Virus record (IMG/VR): IMGVR_UViG_3300036818_000127
Location: 32,001 to 96,000 of that record
DNA from: a virus
Direction: 5' to 3' (one strand)
DNA length: 64,000 nt
The stretch's first letter is position 1; every line of letters begins with the position of its first letter. Positions 17,385 to 27,572 of this stretch are shown here, one piece after another. The notes under the pieces were generated by a model, which worked only from the letters and a program-made list of their open reading frames with translations, was not told the origin of the DNA and did no database searches. The translations under genes and the position numbers were made by a program.

Positions 17385-20300
17385 TTACCATAAATTGGTT
17401 TGAACGGCTGCTGCTACCTTTTTAGCTTTCCGTGTCCTCTTCAAGGCATCTCGCTTAGCCCTCAGAGCTGCCCAGGGGTCCTGAGTAAGTGCTACTGGTA
17501 TGATTATCATGGGCTCAACTGATCCCTTCAATGGCTCTGTGGTAATGTCTCCTGCAAGTGGTATCTCCATATCCTCCTGCTCAGGATCGGCATCGGCTGT
17601 GATGTATTCATTCCGTGCAAGGGCTGCTTCCTCAGATGCTTTGAATTGCCTCTGGAGTTCTTCGGCCTCGGCCATCAGGTCGGCTGTGTTATTTTTCCCG
17701 CTATCAAGGGCTTCCTTGACCTGTCGGGCAAGGGCAATTGAGAAGCTACTATCGCTGTCCCCTTCATCTACTCCAAAGGAGACAAGTCCCTCTCCTGGTA
17801 GCTGGCCCTCAACCATAAAGGCAGTTTCCATCTTCCGTGACATTAATAACAAGAGACGCTGCTCCATTGTCGGGTAGACTAATATGATGACCTTGGTGTG
17901 CTTTGTCTGCTTTGGTCTATGTATCCTTCTAAAGGATTGCCGCATCTGGGATGTCGATGTCGGGACCTCAGAACAGATAATCGTGTGGAAGTCTATTAGG
18001 TCGAGACCTACTTGGACCAGGGCGCTATTGCAGATAAGAACATTGCATCCGTTCTCGACATGCTTCTTGAGTACTGCTTCCCTTCCTAATGTATTACCTG
18101 ATCTCAGGATAGCAACCTGGGGGATGTTCCCATTGCGAGGGCGGACGTGAGTCTCTATCAGGGACTTATAGCGGGGCTGGATATCATGCTCCCCTGTATT
18201 TTCGCAGTAGATGATAACCTTTCTGTCCTGCTCCAGCTCCCCTTGGATAATGTCAATTATCCTTTGCTCTTTGGGATAGATCTCTGACTCATCGAGCTTC
18301 CTAGCCGTTCCAAGAATGTAGCCTGTCTTTTTGACTGAGCAGACAGTCTCTTCAAAGGGCATATTAGGGTAGCGCCTCAAACATTGGAACCAAGAACCTA
18401 ATGCCCTCTTATCCCCTAGTACTAGCATTGCAGCTAACTCAGCAGTGATTGTACTCTCAAACGATTTATATGCTTCTTCCAGGGGTCCCGACATTGGAAT
18501 GATGTCTACCTCTTCAGAGTAGGGAGGTAAGTACGGGGCCACATCTTTAAGCTCCAGGAAGGCAGATCGTTCAAACAAAGGCGGAAGGCCATTCGGTGAG
18601 AATGCGGCCATCTCATGTTCTTCTCCACGACCGCTGGACTTTTTCTTGCTTATAGCTCCATCTCCGCCGCTATCTAAGTCATCCTTCTTTTCCTTAATCA
18701 CAGTTTTTCTGGCTCCGTACCGATCAACCCATTCCCTCATGCCATCATAAGAGAATTGCTGGCGGACATCTGGATTAATACTCCAGGCGAAGGGGAATAA
18801 TGATGAGGCATACCCATTACATAAGGTCCCCGTTAGACCTAAGTAGGATTCGCATGCTCCCATCAGGGAACGTCGGGCAAAGTCGAGGGCTGTCCCCTCC
18901 TTCCCTTGGTGGATCTCATCGCTGATCAGGAGTTTGAAGAAACCTGAATGAAACTTTCTAATATAGTCGGCCACGCTGAACCGTCGAAAGCTGGTATCCT
19001 TGACAGTCTTAGGGAGACTTCCAAGGCTGTCTGGAAGAGGGAGGGCAACTACTGCATCGCCACTTCTCAATACTGACTTAGGCTCAAAGTCCTTCCCTGT
19101 CGTGTACTGCCATAAGGGACCACCGCAGGAACCGCACCATCTCTTTTTGTGCTTTTTAGCACTGATCCACAATTCTTGTTCAGTGACGTAAGCTCCTTCA
19201 TCCTCATCCATCTCTTCTTCTATTGAAGAGAGGGCTTTTCCATTTCGCTTCTTGCGTGCTATCTGATCCTTTTTTCTTTTGTAGTCAGGATTGCTTTTCA
19301 TTAAGCGATCAATGCGTGCCTGATCCTTTACAGGAGCAAAACAGCTCGGGCAGCATGGTGTCAATCTAGGAAGTTTCGTTTCCTCGTCATGCTGTACTGC
19401 CACCTTTCCATTCGCATCTAGTGTTCGCATTGGGGAAAGCCGATATGCCAACGTCCAGGCCATACTCAACTTGGCCGTCCCATTAGGGATAATGACTAGG
19501 TGACATGGCTTCTGAGGAAGTGGGCGACCATGCAATTTTGCTTCATCATATTGCTGCCGCCAGTCCTGGAGTTCATAGTCAATCCTTTTGATAACCCTCT
19601 CAATACATCCGACTGCCGACAGTTTCTCGCCTCTCCAGAATGGATCAAATTGCCTTAGCTCTCTTGACTTCTCAGGAGTATCAATTCTCTGAACAACAAT
19701 CGCATGGACATTTGGGATAGTATCCTCTGCCTCGCGTTTCCATTTGTACGCGATGATCTCTGGGACCATCACGACAGCTGGGGAAAGCTCAATCTTCTTA
19801 GCTGTTGAGGGAAGCATGTCAGCACAGCCATTCAGGTCCATATCCCCTAAGAAGAGGGTGGATAGGGATAAGTAGGTCTTGCCAGTCGCCATCTCGGCGA
19901 TCTCACCGACCCTATTCATAGGAGCATGATCTTTCCCTCCGACCATTGCATTCACAATAGCAAGGATAAAGCCTTTCTGTCTACCGAGCGGTTGACGTAG
20001 CATCCGAGAGAAGGCGGCGTTGGCCCAGGGGACTTGAGACGGGCTGTGATAGAGCGGGGGATTGCTCTCTAACAGCTTCTCTGTTAGGGCTCCACCAAAG
20101 TTATCCAGGAAGGAACGAAGAGACATTGTTTCATGGGGAATGCTGAGCATCCCGACCATTGGCCCTGTTTCAATCCTGATAAGCTGACCGAGGGTATCAC
20201 CTTCTGTCATATCGATACACCAGAGGGATGACTCGAAGCTATCACGTTTCTCTGTGATGATATTCTCTTCATCTTCAGAGACCTTGGTCACTTTGCGCTT

Positions 20301-21383
20301 TCTTGAGAAGCCCTTTACAACTACTGTACGGCCATCTTTACCTACAAGATAGGCCCCATTGACTATTCCAGCAGCAGCCATGATGGCCCGATGCCCATCT
20401 TTAAGTGGCTGGACGGGCCGACCAGAGGCATTGCCTCTATCTTGATCAGACGGCCAGTGAAGAGCCTTATATTGCAGTTTGCTATAGACCCCATTCGCTG
20501 GAAGGCTAGCACCCTGCGGAACTGCAAGGAGTGCAGCAGCCTCTTCTGGATCGAACCTGCTCGGAGACCAATACTTGATAGCAGATCTTGCTATGGGGAT
20601 AGAATACTGTCCATATCCATCACTCCGTGAAGTCACAGCCTCGATGGGTGAAATGTCATCATGGGGGTTATCTGTTGTGCCAAGCTCAATGAGGACTTTC
20701 TCTGTAGACCGATCTGATCGCTGGCCGAATCCCTTCTGGGCAATCACGACGACCTGATCAAACATCTCAAACATGGGGACAGGCTTCTCTTTGTTCTCTA
20801 CCATCTCAGGCGTGGCAAAGGGAGTATCAGGGAACCGCAGCACCTTGATGTCGGTGTACCACTGAGAAAGATATGATGCCCCTTTCTCAACGATCCATTG
20901 TGGGACAATCCAAATCAGGACCCCGCCAGGACATAATTTCTTCGTAGTTCGTCTGAGGAAAGTCAATTCTAGCCGCTCGCCGCCGGACTCTTTGTCCCAA
21001 TCATATGGCGGGTTTACGAATGCCAACTGGAACCCGCCATCAAGAGAGTCCCCGCTAGAGATAAGAGACTGGAAGAATGATGCATGCAGGACATCATCTA
21101 GAACTTTCCTCGCAGCCTTTACCCGCGAGATATTGGGCTCGATGCCATGGGTGAGGACTTGAGGGAATGTGTGACAGTAGTGCCACATCTGCTGAATGTG
21201 CTCTCTGTATTCCTTGGCGAGAAGTTCTAAGGCTCTCCCCTTGCCTGCACATGGATCAAGAAACCTCATCTCTTGAGCATCCCCTGATGGGTAGCGGCAA
21301 CTGAGGTATTGAGCTATCATCGATATAACTGGCTCAGGGGTTGGGTAGTACAACCCTTTGACCTGTGATTCTGTCCTAGGCAT
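17385..21383 (-). CDS. adenine methyltransferase-like (DUF6094-like) / SNF2-type helicase fusion
   Basis: DPCAGKG, NPPY; TGKT, DEIH, C-terminal GLDL...RIHR. Confidence 0.8.
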   Translation of the reverse strand: MPRTESQVKGLYYPTPEPVISMIAQYLSCRYPSGDAQEMRFLDPCAGKGRALELLAKEYREHIQQMWHYCHTFPQVLTHGIEPNISRVKAARKVLDDVLHASFFQSLISSGDSLDGGFQLAFVNPPYDWDKESGGERLELTFLRRTTKKLCPGGVLIWIVPQWIVEKGASYLSQWYTDIKVLRFPDTPFATPEMVENKEKPVPMFEMFDQVVVIAQKGFGQRSDRSTEKVLIELGTTDNPHDDISPIEAVTSRSDGYGQYSIPIARSAIKYWSPSRFDPEEAAALLAVPQGASLPANGVYSKLQYKALHWPSDQDRGNASGRPVQPLKDGHRAIMAAAGIVNGAYLVGKDGRTVVVKGFSRKRKVTKVSEDEENIITEKRDSFESSLWCIDMTEGDTLGQLIRIETGPMVGMLSIPHETMSLRSFLDNFGGALTEKLLESNPPLYHSPSQVPWANAAFSRMLRQPLGRQKGFILAIVNAMVGGKDHAPMNRVGEIAEMATGKTYLSLSTLFLGDMDLNGCADMLPSTAKKIELSPAVVMVPEIIAYKWKREAEDTIPNVHAIVVQRIDTPEKSRELRQFDPFWRGEKLSAVGCIERVIKRIDYELQDWRQQYDEAKLHGRPLPQKPCHLVIIPNGTAKLSMAWTLAYRLSPMRTLDANGKVAVQHDEETKLPRLTPCCPSCFAPVKDQARIDRLMKSNPDYKRKKDQIARKKRNGKALSSIEEEMDEDEGAYVTEQELWISAKKHKKRWCGSCGGPLWQYTTGKDFEPKSVLRSGDAVVALPLPDSLGSLPKTVKDTSFRRFSVADYIRKFHSGFFKLLISDEIHQGKEGTALDFARRSLMGACESYLGLTGTLCNGYASSLFPFAWSINPDVRQQFSYDGMREWVDRYGARKTVIKEKKDDLDSGGDGAISKKKSSGRGEEHEMAAFSPNGLPPLFERSAFLELKDVAPYLPPYSEEVDIIPMSGPLEEAYKSFESTITAELAAMLVLGDKRALGSWFQCLRRYPNMPFEETVCSVKKTGYILGTARKLDESEIYPKEQRIIDIIQGELEQDRKVIIYCENTGEHDIQPRYKSLIETHVRPRNGNIPQVAILRSGNTLGREAVLKKHVENGCNVLICNSALVQVGLDLIDFHTIICSEVPTSTSQMRQSFRRIHRPKQTKHTKVIILVYPTMEQRLLLLMSRKMETAFMVEGQLPGEGLVSFGVDEGDSDSSFSIALARQVKEALDSGKNNTADLMAEAEELQRQFKASEEAALARNEYITADADPEQEDMEIPLAGDITTEPLKGSVEPMIIIPVALTQDPWAALRAKRDALKRTRKAKKVAAAVQTNLW

Positions 21384-21395
21384 GACTTATACTCC

Positions 21396-21755
21396 TTATT
21401 TCACGCTGTATGTGTTTGAAACTGCATCAAAGGAAAATACTACAAATGACTGACGTGAGAACCTGACTATTTTGCTTATATGTTCCTGATAATCACTACC
21501 TGTATCGCCATCCCGTTGGACCCTATCAAGTGTCTGGCAAAGCTCATTAAGAGCATTCTTGAGATCTTTTATGGACCTTGCATACCATTGACGAAACCCC
21601 TTTGTAGTCTCTGGGAATGTACAATAGCCGCTCTCTACAAGGCTCTTGCGGATACTCTCAATTGCACTTGATATTTCTCTGTTTGATCCTTTTCCGTACT
21701 GCTTTTCTAAGGCATTGATCTCTTTTACCAGTTTTGCAACTTCTGTTTTATTCAT
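21396..21755 (-). CDS. hypothetical protein
   Basis: Follows repeated promoter. Confidence 0.6.
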   Translation of the reverse strand: MNKTEVAKLVKEINALEKQYGKGSNREISSAIESIRKSLVESGYCTFPETTKGFRQWYARSIKDLKNALNELCQTLDRVQRDGDTGSDYQEHISKIVRFSRQSFVVFSFDAVSNTYSVK

Positions 21756-21805
21756 TTTTGCTTGCTCCTTTGATACTAACTTGACTAACTTCTTGATCTA
21801 CTAGT

Positions 21806-21834
21806 AGTATAGCATATCTTCCATAAACTGTCAA
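21806..21834 (-). promoter_or_regulatory. repeated promoter copy
   Basis: Exact 29-mer. Confidence 0.85.
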
Positions 21835-21873
21835 GCATAAAAGAGGTATTTAGGGCAATGTTTGGAAATAAGA

Positions 21874-21904
21874 AAAACTGGAGCAAGTATCGAACCTGCT
21901 CCAG
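21874..21904 (-). terminator. intrinsic terminator, near copy of 31866-31899
   Basis: CTGGAGCA...TGCTCCAG plus U-run. Confidence 0.7.
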
Positions 21905-21912
21905 GATGGGGG

Positions 21913-22689
21913 TTATGCGGCGACTTCTTCCCTGCTTCCCTCTCTGATGTATAATGAGAGGTCTTTCATTATCTTCTCAAGATCTGGGAAGCAGAGATAG
22001 GCGGAAGCTACTAGTGAGCTGGTTCCATCTGGAGTAAAGGCCCAGACTTCCAGTTCCTCTATCTCTGGGGTTTTAAGGGCACGATCCCAAAGGAATGGTG
22101 CCCACTCATCAATCAGGGGAAATGGACATCTCTTGTCCAAATAGGAGAGGTGAAGCTTGCTGGCCTCTTCTCCTGGAGGGACCATCATAAAAAAGATCGG
22201 TCGGCGATCAATCACGCGGGCCACCTTCTCCGACATCTCGCCTTCCTTTGAAGCCACCTGCCGTAGCTTCTTACTGCCCCCATCTTGGGGAGTAACCTTC
22301 TTGACCTTGATAGCCTGCTGGGGGTCCCAAAGAGAAATGGCGTTGCTTTCAACTAGGGCATGGATTGCCTTGTTGGTCCCAAATTCCGCAAAAGAGCAGG
22401 ACCAACTTGGAGACATCCCAGGCATGCGCCCACTTCGATGCATGAGAGCAACTGGCCCGAGATCTTCGATATAGATCTCTCTAATGGATGGCTGGCTCAC
22501 CAATCCTGCAAAGATAGCATTCAGGCTTGATCCACTACCCTTCGGGCCAAACATTGAGAGGTAGTATAGCTCGTGCCTTCGTGTATCATCCTGCATGGTT
22601 TGCCTCTCCTTAGAGAAGATAGCCATATTAATGTATGCTTGAAATTGTGCTGACCCTTTATCGAATAGGGTGATCTGACGTACTGACAT
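21913..22689 (-). CDS. hypothetical protein
   Basis: 258 aa ORF, GGAGG RBS. Confidence 0.65.
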   Translation of the reverse strand: MSVRQITLFDKGSAQFQAYINMAIFSKERQTMQDDTRRHELYYLSMFGPKGSGSSLNAIFAGLVSQPSIREIYIEDLGPVALMHRSGRMPGMSPSWSCSFAEFGTNKAIHALVESNAISLWDPQQAIKVKKVTPQDGGSKKLRQVASKEGEMSEKVARVIDRRPIFFMMVPPGEEASKLHLSYLDKRCPFPLIDEWAPFLWDRALKTPEIEELEVWAFTPDGTSSLVASAYLCFPDLEKIMKDLSLYIREGSREEVAA

Positions 22690-22736
22690 GTGGTACCTCC
22701 TAGGGGTATCCTGAGATACCCCATCACATAAAGCAT

Positions 22737-23378
22737 TTAAGCCCCTTTACGGTTCGCTTGCACTCTCTTATTTAGTTCCGCTATAAGCTTTACCATATCC
22801 CCAAAAGACAATCCTTCTAAATCAACATCAGGTAAATTAAGCATCTGATGCAGCTTTTTTACGCTCGCAATCTGTTGAACCGTAGCTGGTGCTTCTGGAT
22901 CATAGGAGGGCTTGCGTTCTTGACGTTGAACAGGAGCATCGGCCAGCCGCTCGCCTTCCTCTAACTCATCGCCGCAAAACTGAGTTCCATAGCCTAGCCC
23001 GACTAGAGCCCTGCCGATGGCACCTGTCTCTGCCTTCTCTAGGTAGTCAGGGAAGCAGGCCGCATTCTCGGTTTTAGTGCCTGTTGAGCTACCTCCCTTG
23101 CCGTCGGTAACTATTGCCCTAAAGACTGCAACTCCACGGGCTTTCTTGATAACCTTGTCATAGCGGCGCTTCTCATCATTCCAGACACTAACCTCAGTCT
23201 CACACTCTTCCGAGCGATTGAGATCGAGTAACTCAGTCGTGATTGTGCCCTCTGGACATTGCTCTCTAAACCATACCAATCGCCACGCAACGGGGAGGTA
23301 GTCCTTGGGTCCCTGCTGAGACTTGAGCTGAATGATATGAGAATTAGGGTTGAACACTTTATCAATGGTAGTATTCAT
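22737..23378 (-). CDS. Sak/Rad52-like single-strand annealing protein
   Basis: YLPVAWRLVWFRE, EKAETGAIGRAL. Confidence 0.7.
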   Translation of the reverse strand: MNTTIDKVFNPNSHIIQLKSQQGPKDYLPVAWRLVWFREQCPEGTITTELLDLNRSEECETEVSVWNDEKRRYDKVIKKARGVAVFRAIVTDGKGGSSTGTKTENAACFPDYLEKAETGAIGRALVGLGYGTQFCGDELEEGERLADAPVQRQERKPSYDPEAPATVQQIASVKKLHQMLNLPDVDLEGLSFGDMVKLIAELNKRVQANRKGA

Positions 23379-23807
23379 ATCGTCCTTTCTGGAGACCCAT
23401 TCCCTTCAGGGATTGGGAGGAAAGAAACAGCCCGCAGGCTGGATCTATACTGTTCTGTTGCTAGTCCCTTGCGGGAGGGCCTTTTTAGGAGAAAGACCCA
23501 GAAAACTCTTGCTCGATTGCGAGCCGCCGTGTCTAAGCACGGGTGATATGACCCTTCGAGATGGCAATACAGGCATAGGTCCGAGACCGTCTGCTTCGGC
23601 GTGGCAGGTAGTGGTTTAGACTAGGGTGGCATCCAAACATACTTTCGCTACTTCCACTAGCACATAAGCCTGTGGGTTCGCTATTTCTTAGCCCGTATCG
23701 CTGCTGCTTGTGCGGTGAGTTGCCTCTCCGACCAAGCCCTCTAGACAGGAACTTACGTTGCGCTAGCCGTTTCGCAAGCCCCTAGGATTTATCCAGGGGT
23801 TCTTGAC
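23379..23807 (-). mobile_element. non-autonomous IS200/IS605 element carrying a standalone omega-RNA (resembles an IsrB-type scaffold)
   Basis: Minus strand begins GTCAAGAACCCCTGGATAAATCCTAGGGGCTTG and ends TTCCTCCCAATCCCTGAAGGGAATGGGTCTCCAGAAAGGA; same end as 60399-60821. Confidence 0.75.
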
Positions 23808-23867
23808 TATTTTCTGATCCTTCTCTTTGGGAGGGCTCTTTGACGAATCCTCCCGACAATATACTGC

Positions 23868-24284
23868 TTACTCTATTACTATTCCTTTTCCAGAGACCTC
23901 TTTCCCGATCCACTCAAAAGGTGTCTTGATCGAGAAGCCTTGAGTATCCGCGATGCCCCTGGAAAAGTAGAGAACCTTGTCATCAACTAGCCGCGTCACC
24001 TGCAGCCTCTGATTGACAGGCAAACCATTTTTCCCATTTCGATAGCTAATCCACCGGATGTCCTCTACTTTATAGAGGATGCAGCCGACTTCTAGAATAT
24101 CGCCGACTACTGCCTTGTAGATACTGCTGCAGGTCGGCTTTATTTTCTTCTGTCCTTTTGGGGCAATGATCATTAGTCCTGTGCCGCCGCATCCATAGCA
24201 GACAGTTCCATGCCTTAAGTTAAAACTGTATGATCCAGAGCCATGGCACCGTGTGCATTCTTTTGTGTTAATGGTAGCAATCAT
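23868..24284 (-). CDS. CxxCxGxG zinc-finger protein
   Basis: CTRCHGSG, CYGCGGTG. Confidence 0.65.
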   Translation of the reverse strand: MIATINTKECTRCHGSGSYSFNLRHGTVCYGCGGTGLMIIAPKGQKKIKPTCSSIYKAVVGDILEVGCILYKVEDIRWISYRNGKNGLPVNQRLQVTRLVDDKVLYFSRGIADTQGFSIKTPFEWIGKEVSGKGIVIE

Positions 24285-24359
24285 TTTGTTTACTCCTTAT
24301 GATATACTTCCTTCACTATGGGAAGGTATGCTACTTATTTCTCTTGTTTACTAGTAGTA

Positions 24360-24388
24360 AGTATAGCATATCTTCCATAAACTGTCAA
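24360..24388 (-). promoter_or_regulatory. repeated promoter copy
   Basis: Exact 29-mer. Confidence 0.85.
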
Positions 24389-24529
24389 GTGTTTTAGGAT
24401 GGATATCAGGCAATATTTTATTCTTTCACAAAACTGATGCAGGAACATCACGCCTTGACAAGGATACTATAACCAGCTAAACTTATACTATATCTTCCAT
24501 AAACAGTCAGGAGAGAGAGAAAAAAACAT

Positions 24530-25303
24530 ATGCAAGAAGAAATAGTTACACCCATCCCCAAGGACCATCTAGCACTACTGTCAGGTATGTCCTTGTCATG
24601 GATACGCATACTCATTGACAGAGGAAGCCTTCCAGCACTGAAGCTTGTCCAGGATGAAGAGACATTAGAGAGTATCCTCGTGCCTTATACTCCGCGTGTC
24701 AAAAAGGCAAAGCCCCAAAGTTTATTCATCGCACCGGATGTGGCTGCGGAATATGTCCAGATACATCGGACAACAGCACATCATATAAAGCAAGGGGAAA
24801 TGGTTACTCCAGTGCCGCTTTCCCATCTTTCAAAGCGTGTAGGGATTGGAGTAGAATCGCTCTATAATGCTATCGATCACGGGAACCTCCAGGCAGTAGA
24901 GTTTGTTTTCGATGCAGATCTACTCTCTTCAAGTCTAGTGCTGTATGTACCCAATTCAGAATCTAGACAGGGGAAAGCACTGTATGTTCTACCTGCTGAA
25001 GCAAAGCGATTTGTTGAAGCAAAACAGCAGCAGCATGCCAAGTTTCTAGCATCCAGGCACACTGAGCCCATGGATATAAATCCTGGATTTGAGCAAGAAG
25101 TCCTGAAAGCAGCGCAGGCTGTGAAGCAAGAACATCCGCAGGGGATAGTTGAGAGGAAGAAAGTCCAGGAGAGGATGACGGTGCCCTCTTATGGAAAGGA
25201 ACAGATAAAAGCTATTAAATATATCATGGATCAGCACCTTAATGAGTTTCCGCCACCGAGACGTGGGCCTTATACATTCCTGGCAAAGAAGGAGGGAGAA
25301 TAG
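24530..25303 (+). CDS. putative DNA-binding regulator with a tandemly duplicated wHTH-like domain
   Basis: Internal repeat VTP.P..HL...G......ID.G.L.A; operator-like motif at 24490-24509. Confidence 0.55.
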   Translation: MQEEIVTPIPKDHLALLSGMSLSWIRILIDRGSLPALKLVQDEETLESILVPYTPRVKKAKPQSLFIAPDVAAEYVQIHRTTAHHIKQGEMVTPVPLSHLSKRVGIGVESLYNAIDHGNLQAVEFVFDADLLSSSLVLYVPNSESRQGKALYVLPAEAKRFVEAKQQQHAKFLASRHTEPMDINPGFEQEVLKAAQAVKQEHPQGIVERKKVQERMTVPSYGKEQIKAIKYIMDQHLNEFPPPRRGPYTFLAKKEGE

Positions 25304-25304
25304 G

Positions 25305-25652
25305 ATGCCATTCTACGCCCCAGGTGGACTCAAAATTTACATCCAGGCTATTCTTCAAGAGGGCCTGGATTTTGAGACCGAGCTACCTATAAACTTCCCG
25401 CGAAACCTTGAGAGCCTAGAGGAGCTTCGCGTGATTCATTCTGCGATGATCAAGAAACAGAAAGAGGTCAGTAACCTCTATAACTACCTTATTCTCATTA
25501 TCGACTCTCATAACCGAGGGGAGTATATCGGTTCTGTTATTGAGTATATACTTTCCACCAAGCATATCCAGGCAGTCAAGGAATATCTTGGAAAGCTTCA
25601 GCTCTGGACAAAAGAGCTAGAGGACAGAATTAGAATACTAAAGAGCATGTAA
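25305..25652 (+). CDS. hypothetical protein
   Basis: RBS GGAG. Confidence 0.5.
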   Translation: MPFYAPGGLKIYIQAILQEGLDFETELPINFPRNLESLEELRVIHSAMIKKQKEVSNLYNYLILIIDSHNRGEYIGSVIEYILSTKHIQAVKEYLGKLQLWTKELEDRIRILKSM

Positions 25653-26372
25653 ATCCTGCTGGAGTGCTGCCCAATTGATAGCATTAGGGGCCACTCCATT
25701 TGCAAAGAAGTCTAGAGAGAGTACCCCATAGGACTCATCGCAATACTGGCCCCAGAAGCTCCAGGTCATCTTTTTAAGAGCACCCCAGGTAACTACCGTC
25801 AGATAATGAGAGTCCCAGGCCACCACGTTGCAACAATGTCCGCCCCAACTTCCAGGGGCTCCTCTTCCATGTGGTCCACCGCTAGGCACAGCCCAAATAG
25901 CCTGACTCTCTGCTGAGATGGGGAGGGCAAGCCCGATGTATACGCCGCCAAACAAGTAGACTGCTGCCTTGATATGAGTATGATTGGTCGGCTCTAAGGC
26001 TACATATGAATCAATCTTGCGGCCAGCGATTCCTGTATGCCTCCAATAATTGAGCACATCTAAGCAGTATGCGCCATTGTCATTGGCACCTGTCTGGGGG
26101 TTGTAGCCGCTAACATCGGAGTAGGCTTTAATGATGTCGCTATCTGAGGGGATGATCTCAGTACTGGCGTTAGCAGTCCATGCCTCTTCCATGTGAGCAC
26201 TAGAAGAAATTGTGCAGCAGCCCAGACGGTCATTGGCGAGCATGTTCCAGGTCGAAACCTTTGGGCTCCAGTCCTTTTGAGCAGGGATTGGAGGTAATGC
26301 CTCGGGGCGAAGGTAGTTAGCAAGCTGAAGAGTTCGGTGGTCGTGTTTCGTTGGAAGTTTTCCAAGTTTCAT
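25638..26372 (-). CDS. papain-like cysteine peptidase homolog
   Basis: NDRLGCCT catalytic Cys region, WGGHC, VTWG. Confidence 0.65.
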   Translation of the reverse strand: MKLGKLPTKHDHRTLQLANYLRPEALPPIPAQKDWSPKVSTWNMLANDRLGCCTISSSAHMEEAWTANASTEIIPSDSDIIKAYSDVSGYNPQTGANDNGAYCLDVLNYWRHTGIAGRKIDSYVALEPTNHTHIKAAVYLFGGVYIGLALPISAESQAIWAVPSGGPHGRGAPGSWGGHCCNVVAWDSHYLTVVTWGALKKMTWSFWGQYCDESYGVLSLDFFANGVAPNAINWAALQQDLHAL

Positions 26373-26460
26373 CAAAATTCTCCTTAGATACAATGTTAGA
26401 ACAAGTCATCCTAATTGTATCATGACTTGTTCTAACATGTCAGGGAGAAGGGATAAGCGC

Positions 26461-26730
26461 CTATGACATTTCTTCGTAGGCTTGCCACGCCTGATCAACT
26501 TGGATGCGGAGCAGACCAATGGAATATTCTACTTTTGCAATTTTTCGATTGAAGGGCTCCCAGGCAGCGCAGATAGCCTGAACCTTCTCATCAACAGAAC
26601 CCTTACAAGTAATTCTTGCTGTCCTTGCAGCATCCTCACCAGCGATTTGAAGCCTCTTCATTTCTTCTTTAGCCATGCTCAAGGACTTAAGTGCTGTCTG
26701 GTATGCATAATAAAGTGTTGTTACGTTCAT
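26461..26730 (-). CDS. hypothetical protein
   Basis: AGGAG RBS. Confidence 0.55.
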   Translation of the reverse strand: MNVTTLYYAYQTALKSLSMAKEEMKRLQIAGEDAARTARITCKGSVDEKVQAICAAWEPFNRKIAKVEYSIGLLRIQVDQAWQAYEEMS

Positions 26731-26780
26731 TTTTGTTTTCTCCTAAGAAAGAGGGAAGGGAATACCCTTCCCAGATGATT

Positions 26781-27059
26781 TTACTGATGTCTACGCTCAT
26801 CGTTGTAGAGGATATCTTCAAGCTCGGACTCATCATAGTCAACACCCGTCCTTAAATCATACACAACATCCTCATCCTTCTCTTCTTCTCTTCTCAGAGA
26901 AATTACTGATCTCTCAAGTCCTGACTTTACAAAGATGTTCCAGTACTCATCGCTACCTTCAACAAGAACGGTATCAAAAACATTTTCGCCACCTACAGCG
27001 ATCTTTCGTAGTTGCCCTGCTACCAATTCAGCAGTTTCTTGTGTGTGTCGTTTTACCAT
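26781..27059 (-). CDS. hypothetical acidic protein
   Basis: AGGAG RBS. Confidence 0.55.
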   Translation of the reverse strand: MVKRHTQETAELVAGQLRKIAVGGENVFDTVLVEGSDEYWNIFVKSGLERSVISLRREEEKDEDVVYDLRTGVDYDESELEDILYNDERRHQ

Positions 27060-27073
27060 GATATTTTCTCCTT

Positions 27074-27307
27074 TTATGATTGCAGTCCTGCTGCAACTAT
27101 TTCCATAGCCTGGATTTGATCCCTAAGCTTACTAGCCTCTACATAGGCTTCGATATACGCATCGCCTGTTGGATTTTCGATGAGCGACTGCTTTATCTTA
27201 TTTTGATACTCTAAAGCCTTCCCTAAAATGCTGATCGAGTTCAGCAAAGATGCTAGGCTATGCTCGCGGAATGCAAGGACTCCGCGCTGTAGGTCGTCAT
27301 TTTTCAT
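27074..27307 (-). CDS. hypothetical protein
   Basis: AGGAG RBS; paralog of 16729. Confidence 0.55.
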   Translation of the reverse strand: MKNDDLQRGVLAFREHSLASLLNSISILGKALEYQNKIKQSLIENPTGDAYIEAYVEASKLRDQIQAMEIVAAGLQS

Positions 27308-27572
27308 AGTATTTTCTCCTTTATTTACTGCTCTAAACAATTCAAACAAAGCTCACGATTTTCATGGGATCTATAATGAAGGCTGCATTTTGAACACTGG
27401 CGGGCTGCACCATGTATTCTTATCTGCAATTCCTCTGCCTTGGCTGCTTCGCGCTCTTTCGCGGCTTTCCTCGATGCCCTCATGGCTTTCTGCACTGCGG
27501 GGGACATTGAGTTTTCTGCCGCTTTTGCCTGACGGGCTGTTACTTGTTTACTCCTTCATGTGTACTTGATAT

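Noticed and set aside
21874-21904. GGTTCGATAC T-loop-like hairpin as a tRNA/att fragment
   Set aside because: No cloverleaf; it has a U-run and a paralogous terminator at 31866.
23259-23619. Plus-strand ORFs over the omega-RNA element
   Set aside because: No PLMP, RuvC or HNH motifs; antisense to the RNA.
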